DNA of 32,000 bases, from assembly GCF_000008665.1 (NCBI RefSeq), contig NC_000917.1, positions 1 to 32,000 on the forward strand, written 5' to 3'. The notes under the pieces are model-generated. The model ran no database searches, was not told where the DNA came from, and saw only the letters and a program-made list of their open reading frames with translations. Within the stretch, counting starts at the first letter, position 1. Each line of letters begins with the position of its first letter. The translations under genes were made by a program, and so were the position numbers. Shown here one piece after another: positions 28,539 to 32,000 of the stretch. The stretch is from Archaeoglobus fulgidus DSM 4304 (GTDB lineage: Archaea; Halobacteriota; Archaeoglobi; Archaeoglobales; Archaeoglobaceae).

Positions 28539-29720
28539 TTATTTGGGCGGTTCCGGAATAAGGACCGCAAATATGCCCTGAGCGGCGAAGAATATCGCGG
28601 CTACGGTGAAGGCGGTGGTGAAGCCAGAGCTTGCTGCGATTGGGGCGATTATGAAAGGTGTGCTGAGAAAGCCGCCGAGGCAGAGGAAGGTGTTCAACAC
28701 ACCAGTAGCCCCGCCTATGTACTCAGGCTTCATCCTGCTGTCAACGAAGGGGAGGTAAGCGGGCACCGCCATCCAGTGCGGGATGACTCCCGCCGCAACA
28801 AATCCCGCAAGGCCGACAAGAACCCACATGGCGTTGACGTCCCCGCTGAACCATGCTGCAAGCATCAGCGCAGAGAAGAGTATTGAGAGCACGATTATGT
28901 AAAGCCTCACTTTGCCGGTTTTGGCACTCAGGGCGGGGAAAACGAAGGAACCAACCCATCCCGGATTTGTGATGAGCGAGACAATCGCTCCTCCTACGGC
29001 AATGGGTATCCCAAGCTCAACGTAGGCTGCTGTGGCAAACAGAGCCTGCCACGGAACCATTCCGCTCATCGCCAAGAAGGTGCCCAGCGCAGCCCCCCAG
29101 ATTGCCCTGTTGCTGAGCGCCGCCTTCGCCCCTTCGATTACCGGCGCCTTCGGAATCTCCACTCCTGGCGGTGCGTTTTTCACAAAGGCGGCGAAAATCA
29201 GTGTCGCAATGAATATTACACCCCCACCAAGAGTGTTGGCGTACTCCCAGCTTGGGAAGTAGGGTGCAATTACCATTCCCGTCGAGAGGAATATCATCAT
29301 CGAGGTCAGATAGATTCCCGTCGCCAGTCCAACCTGGTGGGGTGGGAACCAGGCGTTTATGAGCTTTGGAAGGTTCACGAACACAATTCCCAGTCCAACT
29401 CCCAGTATTGCCTGAGAGAGTAACAGCGTCTCCACTCCAGGATAGGCTCTTACAAAGGTCCCCAGAGCGGCTATAACCCCTCCGATCGTCGCAGCGGTTC
29501 TCACCCCCACTCTGTCCGCAAACATGCCTGCAGGGAATGAAAGCAAACCTGCTATGAGCCACGGCAGTGTGAAGGCCAGTGAGTAAGTCGTCTGGTCGAT
29601 GCCGTACGTCTCCATCAGCACTGGAGCCAGCGTCCCCATGTCGTACCAGAAGAGAAACAGCGTGCCGAAAAGAAGCCATGCCAACCCCAAAACCACCCAT
29701 CTGTAACCCGAATACTCCAT
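28539..29720 (-). CDS. MFS transporter
   Basis: 393 aa with about 12 hydrophobic segments and loop motif GMFADRVGVRTA. Confidence 0.87.
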   Translation of the reverse strand: MEYSGYRWVVLGLAWLLFGTLFLFWYDMGTLAPVLMETYGIDQTTYSLAFTLPWLIAGLLSFPAGMFADRVGVRTAATIGGVIAALGTFVRAYPGVETLLLSQAILGVGLGIVFVNLPKLINAWFPPHQVGLATGIYLTSMMIFLSTGMVIAPYFPSWEYANTLGGGVIFIATLIFAAFVKNAPPGVEIPKAPVIEGAKAALSNRAIWGAALGTFLAMSGMVPWQALFATAAYVELGIPIAVGGAIVSLITNPGWVGSFVFPALSAKTGKVRLYIIVLSILFSALMLAAWFSGDVNAMWVLVGLAGFVAAGVIPHWMAVPAYLPFVDSRMKPEYIGGATGVLNTFLCLGGFLSTPFIIAPIAASSGFTTAFTVAAIFFAAQGIFAVLIPEPPK

Positions 29721-29741
29721 GGAGAATCGTTTGATTAAATA

Positions 29742-29787
29742 TTGATAAAAGTTATTGACTTACTGAAGTTAAATCTATCTTTATCAA
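29742..29787. repeat. Spaced inverted repeat TTGATAAA...TTTATCAA upstream of the minus-strand MFS gene
   Basis: Arms at 29742-29749 and 29780-29787. Confidence 0.45.
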
Positions 29788-29969
29788 AAAGCGGTTTTTA
29801 TGGTAGTGGTCATTTCCGAAGAATGCCTGAACTTTTGGCCAATGCCCCTTTAAGTTAAATTGCATTCGCACTATGTGCAATCTAATTTGTTTTTAAATCC
29901 TGTAATACGTCAGTGAAATAAAACCGCAGTCCGACAATAAAAAAGATATACTGCTGAGTGTAACTAATT

Positions 29970-30732
29970 ATGTTGACAAGTTCCATCGAAGATGTAACGG
30001 AGTACCTCGGAAAGCTTGGACTGACAAAAAAAAGAGTCTGAAATTTATGTCGCCCTCCTCAGCTCCGGGCCAAAGACGGGGATGGAGCTGTCCAAATTAA
30101 CCGGTGACCCTGCACCCTTCGTCTACAGAGTTTTGAAGAGGCTTGAGGGTAAGAAAGTGGTTTTCAGGATATCTGAGAGCCCAATGATATTCAAAGCCTA
30201 TCCTCTCGACATCGTTTTATCTTCTCTGATCCACGAGAGGGAGAAAGAGCTAAAAATGCTGTCATCGACCAAAGATACTATTATCAAGCTCTATGAAACC
30301 AGCCTGATGAGAAATCAGGGTGAGAAGGGGCTCGACTTCATTGTGGTAAACGGCATCACGGACACAATAAATCTGATTGGGGACATGATAGACAGGGCGG
30401 AGTGGGAGGTCAAGAACATGGTCGGAGTTGAGGGGGTTGAGAGAATTAAGTACTGGCATATCATCGAGTACGAAAGGGCGATTTCGAGAGGTGTTAGCGT
30501 GAAGCTGATAACATCCATGGACTCCGCAAGCATACCCTCTGAAATAACCGAGATTGCCGAGGTGAAGTACTTGAAGATACCGATGAACGCCCGCTTCGTC
30601 ATTTCTGACGATAAAGAAATACTGATTATCACAACAGATGAGGAAAGAGACATGGTATCGATATACTCAAAAAACAGAGGTCTTGTGAAGACTCTCAACG
30701 AAATTTACGAGTACATCTGGGCATCAATCTGA
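29970..30732 (+). pseudogene. TrmB-family transcriptional regulator interrupted by a +1 shift in an A8 run (or a sequencing error, or recoded gene)
   Basis: Frame 1 gives MLTSSIEDVTEYLGKLGLTKK from ATG 29970 and hits a stop at 30039. After the A8 run (30026-30033) the frame of the 30082-30732 ORF continues exactly with ESEIYVALLSSGPKTGMELSKLTGDPAPFVYRVLKRLEGKKVV. Confidence 0.8.
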
Positions 30733-30811
30733 TTTTTCATAACTTCTCAGGGACTCTGCCGGGAATTCACAAAATTTATTAGGATAAATGTACACTACTT
30801 GTGGTGAGAGC

Positions 30812-32000
<1,189 letters not shown>

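Noticed and set aside
29017-29700. 227-aa minus-strand ORF
   Set aside because: Alternate frame of the MFS gene on the same strand; the MFS frame has the expected hydrophobic segments.

Overview
This is a hyperthermophilic archaeal window that I recognise, by sequence recall and not by a search, as Archaeoglobus fulgidus-like. It begins with a large CRISPR array: 60 repeats of GTTGAAATCAGACCAAAATGGGATTGAAAG and 59 spacers at about 148-4213, with no cas genes in the window and a diverged repeat relic at 4849-4878. A CAP/SCP-domain protein and an ABCE1/Rli1 gene follow. The main accessory region (6850-16595) looks like a corrinoid-dependent methyl-transfer locus. It has a ribbon-helix-helix regulator, two corrinoid protein + UroD-type methyltransferase pairs, an MtrH-like methyltransferase, a [2Fe-2S]/ASKHA corrinoid activator and two MFS transporters. 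The layout matches the Mto (methoxydotrophy) systems. Downstream lie a small membrane protein + sodium:solute symporter, a C_GCAxxG_C_C-like protein, a 3-hydroxyacyl-CoA dehydrogenase/enoyl-CoA hydratase fusion, a thiolase + Zn-ribbon/OB partner, a CaiB-type CoA-transferase, a PAS histidine kinase, and on the minus strand a MoaD/ThiS-like protein, an aldehyde:ferredoxin oxidoreductase, an iron alcohol dehydrogenase and an MFS transporter. The window ends with a frameshifted TrmB-type regulator, a GYD-domain protein and a truncated SepCysS. Main new-looking observations: (1) a near-identical palindromic promoter element in front of two separate units of the methyltransferase cluster; (2) a mosaic duplication of the corrinoid/methyltransferase gene pair with nearly identical ends and a divergent centre; (3) an A8 homopolymer that splits the TrmB-type regulator; (4) the repeat relic beyond the array; (5) particular spacers that look like viral gene starts. 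All counts and coordinates were made by eye.
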